A DNA stretch of 58,204 nucleotides from a bacterium (GCA_046757165.1 JBHHXT010000009.1:1-58204), one strand, 5' to 3'. Counted from the stretch's first letter, positions 27,124 through 37,532 are shown. Numbers and translations are program-made. Notes: a model not told the origin generated them from the sequence alone.

Positions 27124-28367
27124 CTCGCTGTGTAAAATGGAGTGAAGTGGTTGGATCCCTCCTGCCAAAAATCGTCGCGCAACATCGTCAGAATGGTTTG
27201 CCCCTGCTTGTACTCATCCACTTCCGCGGGCGCGATCACGTAGGAATTGCTGCGGGAAAATGCCATGACATCGGCGGAGCCCCTGGAATGAAGTGGAGAG
27301 GTGAAAAAAGTGCCGTTCTTCAAAACCGTGTAGGCTGGCTGATAATTCTGACGTCTGGTTTTGCTACGAAAGTCCTTTTCTAAGATTGCGGTGACCTGCA
27401 AATTGTGCAACCTGCTGAACCCCATCATCTTGCGCAGGGTGGGTTTGACCACGATCTCGAAAATCGTACTGGCAGAAACGGGATTGCCCGGCAGACCAAA
27501 GACAAGAGCATGCTCGCTCTTGCCAAAAACAGTTGGCTTGCCCGGCTTGATATTGACTTTATCATAATAGGTTTCAACTTTGCATTCGGCCAGCACATCT
27601 TCCACCAGGTCAAATTCGCCCATGGACACGCCGCCGGAAATCAACAGCACATCTTTGCTCAGGGCGGCGCCGATCACCTTCCGCAGGGAACTCGTATCAT
27701 CGGGGACGATACCGAGCAGCTCAGGCACCGCGCCCGTGGCAAGCACCTGGTGGTAAAGGGCGTAGCCGTTACTGTTGCGGATCTGACCCGCACGCGGACG
27801 CTGATCGATCTCCACCAGCTCATCCCCTGTGACCAGAATTCCGACTCGAGGCCGGCGGTAAATTTCGACCTTGTTCCTGCCCACCACCGCGAGCACGCCG
27901 ATGACCGGCGGAGTCACGCAGGTCCCTTTGGTCAACACGCGCTGCCCCGACTGAATGATTTCGCTTTTGCTGGCCACGTTCTGTCCACGCGAAACGGCTT
28001 CGAGAATTTTGACTTTGCCGTTGCTCACCCCCTCGGTTTTTTCGACCATTTGCACGCTGTCCGCCCCGGCAGGCAGAGGAGCGCCGGTCATGATTTTCGC
28101 AGCCTGGCCAGTCTGGATCCGGAAGTGTGGATAGACGCCGGCCGGAATGGTACCCACGACCGCCAGAATAGCAGGATCTGCGTTGCAATCCTCAGCCTTG
28201 ACGGCATAGCCGTCCATGGACGACTTATCGAACGGGGGCATGTCGAGGTCGGAATGGATATCCTCTGCCAGAACGCTGCCGGCTGCCGACAGGATGGGGA
28301 CCTCCTCCACTTCCAATCGAGAGGTCTCGCTCACCGCCATCTCAATGGCCTCGTCAATAGAAATCAT
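27120..28367 (-). CDS. moeA: Molybdopterin molybdotransferase
   Basis: PPFDKSSMDGYA, IMTGAP, TGDEL, GGVSMG, KPGKP, LPGNPVS. Confidence 0.95.
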   Translation of the reverse strand: MISIDEAIEMAVSETSRLEVEEVPILSAAGSVLAEDIHSDLDMPPFDKSSMDGYAVKAEDCNADPAILAVVGTIPAGVYPHFRIQTGQAAKIMTGAPLPAGADSVQMVEKTEGVSNGKVKILEAVSRGQNVASKSEIIQSGQRVLTKGTCVTPPVIGVLAVVGRNKVEIYRRPRVGILVTGDELVEIDQRPRAGQIRNSNGYALYHQVLATGAVPELLGIVPDDTSSLRKVIGAALSKDVLLISGGVSMGEFDLVEDVLAECKVETYYDKVNIKPGKPTVFGKSEHALVFGLPGNPVSASTIFEIVVKPTLRKMMGFSRLHNLQVTAILEKDFRSKTRRQNYQPAYTVLKNGTFFTSPLHSRGSADVMAFSRSNSYVIAPAEVDEYKQGQTILTMLRDDFWQEGSNHFTPFYTAR

Positions 28368-28382
28368 GCCACACTCCTGCCC

Positions 28383-29186
28383 TCATTTGCTCACAATGCG
28401 ATAGGGCTTGCCGTGTTCTTTCTTCAAGTTGTCGCCAAACACCTTTGCCGCCTCCCTGGTCTTGAACGAACCTATTAGCACCTGGTACACGGTTTGTTTG
28501 CCGACTTTCTTCTTGCGGATCTCAACCGGTTGGCTCAGTTTCGCAAAGTAGGTGCGCAGACTCAGAGCATTGTTTGCTTGTGTAAACGCCCCAACCTGGA
28601 CCGCGTAACTTTGGCCGCCGTTGCCCGGTACAGCTTTCGGCCGCACGGATTTGCCATTTACAAGCGAACCGTCTTCGTCCAAATCCTGCCGCGCGACCTC
28701 AACCATTTCCGAGTCCTGGAAGCGGTCCACAAATCGCCTCAGCTCCGCTCGACATTGCCCGGTCTGCTTTGCAGCACATAAGCACATGGCAGCGAAATAC
28801 GCAGCCTCGCTCTTGAGCGGCGACCGGGGATAGCCCTCGATCAGATTGAGAAAATGCTTGCGAGCGGTCACATAAAGTCCGCGCGCAAAATAATACAGCC
28901 CAATCTTGTAAAGGGCATCTTCCGCCTGGCTGGAGTTGGCAAACTTTGAAAAAAGCTGGCCGTAGAATTCCAAGGCCTGCTGCCCATCCTGCTCCATCAG
29001 GGCTTGCAGATAGATGGATTGAGCCGTCCCTTTATGCTCCGAGGCGTACTCGGTCACCCTCTCCTTGACTTCCTCTATGTCCTTGAATTTCAAAGCAAGG
29101 GTCAGATTGAACTCACGCTCCTGTGCATACACACCTGTAGAGAGCGCCAGCAAAATAAGAGCAAAGCTTGTCTTTTTTCCACTCAT
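28383..29186 (-). CDS. TPR and SPOR domain periplasmic protein
   Basis: Signal peptide, TPR-like repeats, C-terminal YAVQVGAF SPOR motif. Confidence 0.8.
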   Translation of the reverse strand: MSGKKTSFALILLALSTGVYAQEREFNLTLALKFKDIEEVKERVTEYASEHKGTAQSIYLQALMEQDGQQALEFYGQLFSKFANSSQAEDALYKIGLYYFARGLYVTARKHFLNLIEGYPRSPLKSEAAYFAAMCLCAAKQTGQCRAELRRFVDRFQDSEMVEVARQDLDEDGSLVNGKSVRPKAVPGNGGQSYAVQVGAFTQANNALSLRTYFAKLSQPVEIRKKKVGKQTVYQVLIGSFKTREAAKVFGDNLKKEHGKPYRIVSK

Positions 29187-29268
29187 AAAAACAAAAGCCA
29201 AACCACATCATCTCGTTGCCATTCAGAGAAGCGCAATTTGACTTTCACGTCACGAATGCTCGTGATAG

Positions 29269-30357
29269 TTAGAGAAACTGGGTGATATCAAATTTGTGCT
29301 CTTCCTTGTGTTTGGATGCCTCGTCAATGAGCTCGAGGGCAATACGGAGCGCCTCAGTGCTGTCGCCGGACTTGTGATAGAGACGCACCAGGTGCGATTT
29401 TGCAGTTTTGTTTTCAGCTTCTTTCTCCAGCACGGACAGGCACGTTGCGATGGCTTTGTCTGTTTCGCCTTTTTTCTCGTAGTTCTCGGCTAAGGCCAGC
29501 CGTGCCATGAGATTGTCGGGCTGAGTCTTGATGATGTCCAGATAGAGGTTCTCAATCTCACCGTAAACTCCGCCTTCATAAAGTAGCTCTTTGATGCGCT
29601 CGAAGGCCAAAAACGATTGCGACGGGACCTTTTCGACAAACTGCTTCAAGACGCTGAGCGCATCTGATTTGCGCTCTTCCTTGATATAGGAATCGGCCAG
29701 GTAAATGTAACCCGGCGGGCAGTTTGGGGCTATCTTGATGGCATCCTTAAACCGGGATTGCGCCTCTTTCTCGTGCTGGCTTTTGAGCAGTTTGAGGCCT
29801 TCCTGCACCTTGTACAGGGCGAGGCGGTCATTCTTGAGCTCGCCGTTCTTCTGTCTCAGGTCCTTGTAGGTTTGAAAAGCCCTTGGCCAATCTTCTTTGG
29901 CTTCATAGAGGGCCAACTTCATTTCTAGCGCCCACAAAACGTGACGGTCTTGCTCCAGGACCTTGTTGATCACATTCAACGCTTTGTCAAACTGCTGCGC
30001 GGCGCGATAATCTTCAGCCAGGCTGTGTAGAATATTTTGCTGCTGTTTTAGACTCAAGCCGCTCCGCACCGTCAGATACTTGTGGACATTGATGGCGCGC
30101 TCCACCTGTCCGAGCTCACGCAAGATGTCGCCGATTTTCAGGTAGGCATCGATATTCTGGCTGTCTTTGGCCACGGTTTGGCGCAATTTCTTGAGCGCTT
30201 CATCCTTCTTGCCGCAGAGCAGCAGATTCAATCCCTCCGCGTAATCAAGCGCTGCCTCGTCGACGGGTGACTCCGGCTTCTTCTTGAACAGAAGGAGAGC
30301 GATCAGAGCCGCCAATGCGCTCAAAATGATAAAAAGCAATATCACCGTCGCTTCCAT
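29269..30357 (-). CDS. lapB: LapB-like TPR protein
   Basis: N-terminal TM, YAEGLNLLL, GDILRELGQVERAINVH; follows lapA. Confidence 0.75.
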   Translation of the reverse strand: MEATVILLFIILSALAALIALLLFKKKPESPVDEAALDYAEGLNLLLCGKKDEALKKLRQTVAKDSQNIDAYLKIGDILRELGQVERAINVHKYLTVRSGLSLKQQQNILHSLAEDYRAAQQFDKALNVINKVLEQDRHVLWALEMKLALYEAKEDWPRAFQTYKDLRQKNGELKNDRLALYKVQEGLKLLKSQHEKEAQSRFKDAIKIAPNCPPGYIYLADSYIKEERKSDALSVLKQFVEKVPSQSFLAFERIKELLYEGGVYGEIENLYLDIIKTQPDNLMARLALAENYEKKGETDKAIATCLSVLEKEAENKTAKSHLVRLYHKSGDSTEALRIALELIDEASKHKEEHKFDITQFL

Positions 30358-30369
30358 GCTTTGCTCCTT

Positions 30370-30699
30370 CTAAGCTTCTTCCTTCAAATCAAACCCAGTG
30401 TCATCCTCACCGATTGAGAGGTTCCTCAGACTGTCCAGCTCGCTCTGCATCTCGAGCTGTGTCTTATTGAGCCTGCGAATTTGTCCCTTCAACTCCAGCA
30501 CCTGAAAAATGGAAACGACCAACCAGAATAAGACGCCAAGTCCAAAGGAGGCATATATCACCATCCAGAGCTGCACGTTTTCAAAGCGCCACATATCCGC
30601 CAGGAAAACGACCGTGACACGCTGGCTGCTGTTCTGCAGCGCAAATCCAAGGATGACCAGAATCATAATCACAGCCAAAAACCATTTAATCGCCCACAT
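30370..30699 (-). CDS. lapA: LapA family protein
   Basis: FALQN motif, two TM helices, coiled coil; rpsA-lapA-lapB synteny. Confidence 0.75.
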   Translation of the reverse strand: MWAIKWFLAVIMILVILGFALQNSSQRVTVVFLADMWRFENVQLWMVIYASFGLGVLFWLVVSIFQVLELKGQIRRLNKTQLEMQSELDSLRNLSIGEDDTGFDLKEEA

Positions 30700-30770
30700 G
30701 GCTTCTCCTCTAACTTAATCTGTTTGACCTTGACGTCCGAGCGTGCAAGCGAATGCACGATTCCGGTTTC

Positions 30771-32885
30771 TTATCCAGCCTCCCCATCCTGGGGTTTTGC
30801 TTTCTCAGATTGTGCTTCTGCTTTCTCTGGCGCGGTTTCGGGCTCGGAGGCGATGGCGTCGCCTGGTTCATCTTCATCCCCATCGCTTTTGTCCTCGCTG
30901 GCCTCGTCCGCTGCGGTCTCGGCGCCATCAGCATCTGACTCAGCCGCAACCGGGGCCTGCTCAGCTTCTGCTTCCGACTCAGCCACCGCATCTTCAGGTG
31001 CCGCCGCTGTTTGTTCGGCCTTTTTTGCAGAGGCCTTTGCCGCCGCCGCTTTCGCAGAGGCTTTCGCCGCAGCCCTTTTGCGCGCCCCTTCGCTGCCGGC
31101 CACTTCCTTCTCGAATTCGGCAATCGCCTCCTGGTCGTCTCTCGCCAGGGCTGCCGCGCTCTCGTCGACCGTCAGTTTTTCGGAAAGAATGATCTTCTTG
31201 TTTTCCTTGCTGAACTCGATGACAACCAGGGTTAGCTCATCCCCGACCTGGTACCCATCCGATGGCTTGCGGATACCCTCTTTCGTGAGCTGAGACATCG
31301 GCACAAACCCATCCACAGTCTCAGGAAGCTCGACAATCACGCCCTTTTCAATCATACGCACGATTTTGCCGGTGGTCTTGGTCCTGGGCTTGTAGCTCAT
31401 CTCGAACGTCTCCCAGGGGTTTTCCATTGTCTGTTTGAAGCCGAGGGAGATACGGCGGTTCCCCTGGTCGATATTGAGCACAACCACTTCGACTTCATCG
31501 CCCTTTTTCACCACCTCGCCAGGGTGCCTGATTTTCTTGGTCCACGAAAGGTCAGAAATATGAATCAGGCCGTCCACGCCCTCTTCCAGCTCAACAAATG
31601 CACCGAAATTGGTGAGATTTCGTACGACCCCTTTTTGACGCGAGTCGACCGGATACTTGGCCTCGATGCCATCCCACGGATCAGGTTCGAGTTGCTTGAG
31701 ACCCAGAGAGATCTTCCGGCCGTCGTAATCGATATTCAAAATCTTGGCATCCACGATTTCGCCCAGGGACAAGAGCTTCGATGGGTGCTTGATATGCTGG
31801 GTCCAGGACATCTCAGAGATGTGAATCAGTCCCTCGATGCCTTTCTCCAGCTCAATGAACGAGCCATAGTCTGAGATGTTGACCACTTTTCCTTTGATCA
31901 CATCCCCTTCCTTATATTTGTCCCGAACATTGTCCCATGGATGGGGCTGGAGCTGTTTGAGGCCCAGTGAAATCCGGTCCTTCGCTTCGTTAAAATCAAG
32001 GACTTGCACGCTGATTTTCTCGTCGAGCGACACGATCTCGGAGGGGTGACTGACGCGTCCCCAGGACAGGTCGTTGATATGCAGCAGGCCATCGACGCCT
32101 CCCAGGTCGATGAAGACGCCAAAGTCGGTGATATTCTTGACCCCGCCTTCCAGCACTTGCCCCTTTTCGAGATTCTCGAGAATCTTTTGGCGTTGCTCTT
32201 TCATGCCCTCTTCAATCAGAACCCGATGGGACACAACGATATTTTTTCGAGCTTCGTTTACTTTGACGATCTTGAACTCCATCTCCTGGCCGATCAGAGC
32301 GTCAAAATCACGAATGGGTTTGACATCAATTTGCGAACCCGGCAGAAAAGCGTCGACGCCCATCAGGTCAACCACCATCCCCCCCTTGATTCGGCGCGTA
32401 CACGTTCCTTTCAGGATTTCGTCATTGTCGTACGAGCTGATAATCTTCTCCCAAACGCGCAGGAAGTCTGCCTTCTTCTTGGAAAGAACCAATTGTCCGT
32501 CACTGTCTTCGACATTATCAAGAAAAACCTCAATATCGTCGCCGACATCGATGGCTTCGGGATGACTGAATTCCTCGATCGGAATCACGCCTTCAGACTT
32601 GAACCCAATATCCACGGCAACTTCTTTGTCGCTGACGGCTAATATCTTGCCAACGACCAGCTCGCCTTCAACAAAATCGGACATCGTCTTCTCGTAGAAA
32701 TCCAGCATCTGGTTGTACTCTTCTTCTGAGTACTCCGCTTCATCCTGCAATTCTTCGAGCGCGACTATCCTTTCCTCAGGTGAAGATTTGGGGACAACTT
32801 CTTCACGGTTGCCGACAGCGATGTTCAAATCACCTCCTTCCACGGGATCCAGGCTGTTGATGTTTTGATCATTGTTACTTGACAT
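30771..32885 (-). CDS. rpsA: 30S ribosomal protein S1
   Basis: Tandem S1 repeats (DIGFKSEG, AFLPGSQ, FGVFIDLGGVDGLLH); long acidic tail. Confidence 0.97.
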   Translation of the reverse strand: MSSNNDQNINSLDPVEGGDLNIAVGNREEVVPKSSPEERIVALEELQDEAEYSEEEYNQMLDFYEKTMSDFVEGELVVGKILAVSDKEVAVDIGFKSEGVIPIEEFSHPEAIDVGDDIEVFLDNVEDSDGQLVLSKKKADFLRVWEKIISSYDNDEILKGTCTRRIKGGMVVDLMGVDAFLPGSQIDVKPIRDFDALIGQEMEFKIVKVNEARKNIVVSHRVLIEEGMKEQRQKILENLEKGQVLEGGVKNITDFGVFIDLGGVDGLLHINDLSWGRVSHPSEIVSLDEKISVQVLDFNEAKDRISLGLKQLQPHPWDNVRDKYKEGDVIKGKVVNISDYGSFIELEKGIEGLIHISEMSWTQHIKHPSKLLSLGEIVDAKILNIDYDGRKISLGLKQLEPDPWDGIEAKYPVDSRQKGVVRNLTNFGAFVELEEGVDGLIHISDLSWTKKIRHPGEVVKKGDEVEVVVLNIDQGNRRISLGFKQTMENPWETFEMSYKPRTKTTGKIVRMIEKGVIVELPETVDGFVPMSQLTKEGIRKPSDGYQVGDELTLVVIEFSKENKKIILSEKLTVDESAAALARDDQEAIAEFEKEVAGSEGARKRAAAKASAKAAAAKASAKKAEQTAAAPEDAVAESEAEAEQAPVAAESDADGAETAADEASEDKSDGDEDEPGDAIASEPETAPEKAEAQSEKAKPQDGEAG

Positions 32886-32922
32886 ATAAACTTACCTCCT
32901 TAAGAATAGTGTGTTGTCTTTT

Positions 32923-33606
32923 TCAAGATTCATGCTCGATTTTGTTGAAGGCGTTGATGACAAAATCAACCGCCTCATCGATGGTCAAGTTCGTCGTATC
33001 CAACACGATAGCATCGGCCGCTTGCCTGAGCGGCGCAAGCTCTCGCTCAGAGTCATGTTTATCCCTGCGCGCGATATCCAGCTCTATTTCCTGCAAGCTT
33101 GTTCCCACGCCCGCAGCACGCAGCTCCTCGTACCGACGCCTTGCACGTTCTTTCAGAGACGCGCTCATGAATATTTTCAAATCAGCCCGCGGAAACACCA
33201 CGGTTCCAATATCCCGACCCTCGAGCACAACCGTTCTGTTTTCTGCCAATGCTCGTATCTTGTTATTGACGGCCTCGCGCACGCTTTTGTTCTCCGAAAC
33301 TGTCGACACATGTGCCGTGACCTGCGGGGAGCGTATCTGACGGGTCACATCATCTCCATTCAAAAGAACTCGAACACCCGTATCAACACTTTCCAGGTCA
33401 ATTGTTCTCTTTTGCAGCAGCGCCGGCATCTCGCCATTCTTGCGGCTGATGTCAACCTTGCTTCGGAGCAGCAGAAGCGTAACCGTGCGGTAAATGGCAC
33501 CGGAATCCAGATAGAAAATACCAAGCTTTTGGGCAACCTTCCTTGCCACCGTACTCTTTCCACAGCCTGCTGGTCCGTCAATCGCAATGACTTTCATTTT
33601 CTTCAA
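32923..33606 (-). CDS. cmk: Cytidylate kinase
   Basis: IAIDGPAGCGKST, EGRDIGTVVFP, RD..D..R..APL. Confidence 0.96.
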   Translation of the reverse strand: MKKMKVIAIDGPAGCGKSTVARKVAQKLGIFYLDSGAIYRTVTLLLLRSKVDISRKNGEMPALLQKRTIDLESVDTGVRVLLNGDDVTRQIRSPQVTAHVSTVSENKSVREAVNNKIRALAENRTVVLEGRDIGTVVFPRADLKIFMSASLKERARRRYEELRAAGVGTSLQEIELDIARRDKHDSERELAPLRQAADAIVLDTTNLTIDEAVDFVINAFNKIEHES

Positions 33607-33682
33607 CAGTTCCCCAACATGCGTTAAGCCGATGCCATCCCAAATCCCGACACTGCCACACCTTCGGTCGGAAAATGGCAGA

Positions 33683-33715
33683 CATCTGATTCCGGCCTTG
33701 TGCCGGAATCAGATG
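33683..33715. terminator. Perfect 14-bp stem-loop after the Rossmann-fold gene
   Basis: CATCTGATTCCGGC-cttgt-GCCGGAATCAGATG; no clear U-tract. Confidence 0.4.
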
Positions 33716-33721
33716 GCGGGC

Positions 33722-35431
33722 CTAATCTTTCATGCGCAGTCCCGCCTCTTCGATCGAGAAAAGCCAGCCGACGACCTTGCCGATGTTCAGCTCTTTGTCC
33801 TCTAGCCAATAGTTACGATCGCGTTGGAACCGTGAGCTCGTGTCGCCATCGGGAATGGACTCCAGTTCCTCAAAGATGAGCTCGATTCGGCACTTCCATC
33901 TCTCCATGTTTTCTGCTCGCAGGTCCACCCATCCGTCGTTTGCCCAAAGGTCGACCCTTTCTGGCGTCACTTCAACCTCTTGCTGACCTCGGAAAGGTGG
34001 AATCTTGATATGGGGTGCGCGCAAAAGTCTCTTGCCATCTTTCAGCAAAATGGGAATGCCGATGGAGAGAATCGAGGCGCGCAGTTCCTGATCCTTGCCG
34101 ATCAGCGCTTCCATTTTATCGGCGATCTTTTCCGCATCCGACTTGCGTACACGGTCCATGGTGCCGCATATCTTCTTGAGAAGATGGGCCTCATACAGAA
34201 GTTTGCTCAGACGCGGCGGCCCGAGCAGCTCGAAGGCGATGCTGTCGCAGCCATACTTGCGCATGAGGTCCTTCATTTTCGCCAGGGCTGCTTCCCGCAT
34301 CACGCCGGCGCGATAGGTCGGTCCCATGGTGGCATTGTCGAGCGCATTGATGATATCGTGGCCCGTGTTGCCGCCCTTGATCTCGTACACGACGTTTTTG
34401 GCGATTTCCTCTGGCGTCACCAGCTCCATTTGACCGGAGGAAGAAATCGCCGAAAACTCACCGTAGGAAAAAGTACCGTTTTCGCCCGTGTCAACATAAA
34501 CCGATTTCAATACTTTGCCATCCAGTTTCACCGAATGGCTGTCATCGCGCAGGGCAAGCGTGCCTCGTAACTCGAGAGCTGTATCGGGCGTGCAGTCGTA
34601 GAGCTCAACCGGCTGTTTCCCCTTTTTGATGTCCCCAAAAGCAATTCGCTTCCAGGCGATGGCCGCTGTTGGCTTGATCTCCTTGGTGATCGGGGCATCC
34701 GGGGTCCGCGCCATCAAAAACAACAACAGGCTGTGTGCGCCGGCCACGGTTGTTTTGCTCAGGAGCTGGCGCGATGGCTTCTCTTCGGAGTGCGTGTACG
34801 GAATATTGAGTCCCATACCACCAGTGCCGCTGGTCCCAATCTTGACGTAGAAGCCGGTTTTCGACTGTCGCATGGCCTCATACAGCACCTGCACATGCCG
34901 CACCAACTGTGGGATGTACAGCGTACACAGAATCTTCTCGATTTCTACCACAAACTTGTCAGAGTAAGTTTTGGTCTTTTTGAAATTCCGGAGTTCGCCC
35001 TTCAGATTGTAGTACCCCCGAAAAACGTCCTGGTAGGCAACGGCTGTGGCGGAGTTGATACAATCGATCAGGATATTGGGACGGAACTTGTCGATGGTCT
35101 GAAACAGATGGGCGCGCTGCAACACGGCCTCGTTCAGCTCTTCCATCGTGTCCTCGATGAGCCAATGACGATACTGGTCGTTCTCCAGAATCTCCACCCG
35201 GCTCAGTCCCCGCATGGTATCGCGCACGAAGATATTTCCCCAGTGGGGTTGAATGACGGTAACCCCATCGTGTGTGGCCCGCAGCTCCTGACACGCCTCT
35301 TTCGCCTCCTGCTCACTCAGGGAATGGACGATGAGGTCCCGCGGGTGTTCCTGCAGGACGGTGCGACAGATGGCCATCCCGACCAGGCCCCAGCCGCCCA
35401 GGACCATGACTTTTTTGTCCTTAATCTCCAT
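33722..35431 (-). CDS. Uncharacterised NAD(P)-binding Rossmann-fold protein
   Basis: N-terminal VMVLGGWGLVG; 569-aa ORF overlapping the rluB stop. Confidence 0.7.
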   Translation of the reverse strand: MEIKDKKVMVLGGWGLVGMAICRTVLQEHPRDLIVHSLSEQEAKEACQELRATHDGVTVIQPHWGNIFVRDTMRGLSRVEILENDQYRHWLIEDTMEELNEAVLQRAHLFQTIDKFRPNILIDCINSATAVAYQDVFRGYYNLKGELRNFKKTKTYSDKFVVEIEKILCTLYIPQLVRHVQVLYEAMRQSKTGFYVKIGTSGTGGMGLNIPYTHSEEKPSRQLLSKTTVAGAHSLLLFLMARTPDAPITKEIKPTAAIAWKRIAFGDIKKGKQPVELYDCTPDTALELRGTLALRDDSHSVKLDGKVLKSVYVDTGENGTFSYGEFSAISSSGQMELVTPEEIAKNVVYEIKGGNTGHDIINALDNATMGPTYRAGVMREAALAKMKDLMRKYGCDSIAFELLGPPRLSKLLYEAHLLKKICGTMDRVRKSDAEKIADKMEALIGKDQELRASILSIGIPILLKDGKRLLRAPHIKIPPFRGQQEVEVTPERVDLWANDGWVDLRAENMERWKCRIELIFEELESIPDGDTSSRFQRDRNYWLEDKELNIGKVVGWLFSIEEAGLRMKD

Positions 35432-36149
35432 GACAGAGTGCCCTCAAACGCGCGACCTCCTGGCTGGATAAGTGGCGAGACTGCCCTCTTTTCAGACCTG
35501 ACAGGTCTATAAAGGCAAACCGGACTCGCTTCAACTGCACGACGTGATAACCGAGAGCCGCAAACATACGCCGCACCTGGCGTTTCCAGCCCTGGTGAAT
35601 CGTCATTCTGACAACTGTTTTGTCCTTTGGCTCTGGTATTTCTACTCTGCACTCGGAGGTGATGCCTTCTTCCAGCTCGACGCCGCTTTGCAACCTGCAC
35701 TGGTCACTCCACTTCAAGGGGGCGTTGAGCTTGACTTCGTAGGTCTTGTCTATCTTGAATTTCGGATGCGTAAGTCTGTGAGCCAATTCCCCGTCGTTTG
35801 TCAGCAACAGGACCCCGGTGGTATCGCGGTCGAGACGGCCGACAGGAAAAACGCGCTTTGTCGGGCTGACGATATCCAGGACGGTTCGCCGGCCCCTATC
35901 ATCCGAAACTGTTGTAATAACATCTTTGGGTTTGTTCAACAAAATGTACTCCAACTCCCGGTTCGGCTTTACCACCGTATTCTGCAGCCGGATGGTATCG
36001 GCGAATTCATCCACCTTGACGCCAAGGTGTCGTGCGACCTGGCCGTTGACGGACACTTTTCCGGCAGCGATGAGCTCGTCGCATTTGCGCCTGGAGGCGA
36101 CACCACACTCTGCCAGATATTTATTGAGCCTCACCGTCCTGCGTCCCAT
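35421..36149 (-). CDS. rluB: RsuA/RluB-family pseudouridine synthase
   Basis: RLNKYLA...SRR S4 domain; GRLD; follows scpB. Confidence 0.88.
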   Translation of the reverse strand: MGRRTVRLNKYLAECGVASRRKCDELIAAGKVSVNGQVARHLGVKVDEFADTIRLQNTVVKPNRELEYILLNKPKDVITTVSDDRGRRTVLDIVSPTKRVFPVGRLDRDTTGVLLLTNDGELAHRLTHPKFKIDKTYEVKLNAPLKWSDQCRLQSGVELEEGITSECRVEIPEPKDKTVVRMTIHQGWKRQVRRMFAALGYHVVQLKRVRFAFIDLSGLKRGQSRHLSSQEVARLRALCHGD

Positions 36150-36786
36150 TGGTGTTTTCTGAGGTCATCTCGCCATCTGGCTCCGCTTCAGCAGGCTCAT
36201 CGACGCCCGCGAGCGCGTCGACGATGTTGTCGGCGATGTGCTCCGCCCCATCGAGCTTGCCCATGATCTCCTCTATCTCTCTTGGCCTGGGCAAATTGCC
36301 CAGGTCGTTGATCCCCAGGTAGCGCAAGAACTCCTTGGTCGTGCCGTAGAGCAGGGGTTTGCCGGGTCCGTTAGACCTGCCGGCGATTGTAATCAAGTTT
36401 CTTTCCAACAAATTCTTGATGACGCCCCCTGAGTTCACGCCCCGGATAGCATCCACTTCTACCCGGCTGATCGGTTGTTTGAACACAATAATCGCCAGCG
36501 ACTCGAGGCTGGCCTGACTTAATCGGGTTCTTATCCTGCCCTTGTAAAGCTTTTTGAGCCAGGGCGCCAGATCCCGGCGCGTATTGACCTGAAATCCGCC
36601 AGCGACGCGCGCGATGAAGAAGGCGCGTTTGTGCTCAGCGTACTCTGAATTGAGCTCATCCACGATTCTTTTTACTTTGCCGGGCGTGATATCTTCGATA
36701 ATGGCTGCGATCTTGTTTTCCGAAATGGGCACGTCGTTGGCAACGATGAGGGCCTCGACGATTTGCTTCTGATAATCATCGCTCAT
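36121..36786 (-). CDS. scpB: SMC-Scp complex subunit ScpB
   Basis: LESLAII.FKQP.SR.E...IRGV, GKPLLYGTT.EFL. Confidence 0.95.
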   Translation of the reverse strand: MSDDYQKQIVEALIVANDVPISENKIAAIIEDITPGKVKRIVDELNSEYAEHKRAFFIARVAGGFQVNTRRDLAPWLKKLYKGRIRTRLSQASLESLAIIVFKQPISRVEVDAIRGVNSGGVIKNLLERNLITIAGRSNGPGKPLLYGTTKEFLRYLGINDLGNLPRPREIEEIMGKLDGAEHIADNIVDALAGVDEPAEAEPDGEMTSENTNGTQDGEAQ

Positions 36787-37502
36787 CAGTTTTTTCGAAT
36801 CCAAATTTCGGCGAACGGTTCGCTCTGGTTCAGGGCAACTTTTTGGCTGCGGACCAACTCCAGGATGGCAATGAAGGTAACAATCAAAATAATCTTCTCC
36901 TTGACTTGCGTCATCAACAAATCTCTGAACAGGACGCGCTCCTTGCTGTCCAGAAAATCCAGGACCACTGCCGCCTGGTCTTCAATGGTGACAGGTATTC
37001 TCTCGACCGTGTGCTCGGTTACAGGCGGCACGCGTTTGAGTACGTCGACAAAAACGGCCATCAAATCATACAGCGCCACCTCGCTCTGAGCAACCCCTTC
37101 TTCCTGGTCCGGCTCATCCTCAAATGCGTAGTTCCTGGCCATAAAAAGCTCACGGCCCTCTTTTTCGAACTCGCCCAGGTTTTCCGCAACTTCCTTGAAG
37201 CGCTGGTACTCGAGCAGCCTTTGCACCAGCTCCTGACGTGGATCTTCGAGATCTTCGTCTTCTTCCATCTCCGGCTTTGGCAAGAGCAGATGCGCCTTGA
37301 TGCGGATGAGCGTTGCGGCCATCAAGATAAACTCGCTGGCATGGTCGAGGTCCAAAAGCTCGATCGCTTGCAGGTATTCCATGTACTGTTGTGTGATTGC
37401 CGCAATCGGGATATCGTAAATATCGACTTCGTTTTTCTTGATCAGAAAAAGAAGCAGATCCAATGGGCCTTCGAAGTTTTGCAACTGAATTCTATAAGAC
37501 AT
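36786..37502 (-). CDS. scpA: Segregation/condensation protein A
   Basis: FEGPLDLLLFLI, DPRQELVQRLLEY, TFIAILEL. Confidence 0.96.
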   Translation of the reverse strand: MSYRIQLQNFEGPLDLLLFLIKKNEVDIYDIPIAAITQQYMEYLQAIELLDLDHASEFILMAATLIRIKAHLLLPKPEMEEDEDLEDPRQELVQRLLEYQRFKEVAENLGEFEKEGRELFMARNYAFEDEPDQEEGVAQSEVALYDLMAVFVDVLKRVPPVTEHTVERIPVTIEDQAAVVLDFLDSKERVLFRDLLMTQVKEKIILIVTFIAILELVRSQKVALNQSEPFAEIWIRKN

Positions 37503-37532
37503 AAAAAAAGCCCACTTCTGATTGTCGGGCTT
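37503..37532 (-). terminator. Intrinsic terminator-like hairpin directly before scpA
   Basis: AAGCCC...GGGCTTTTTTT on the minus strand. Confidence 0.5.

Noticed and set aside
27120..28367. moeA as a dedicated part of the nap cluster
   Set aside because: It lies ~9 kb from the cluster inside a housekeeping/envelope operon
25570..28478. Long plus-strand ORFs (25570-26991, 27405-28478; also 3611-4702 and 41335-42348)
   Set aside because: They are antisense shadows of well-supported minus-strand genes
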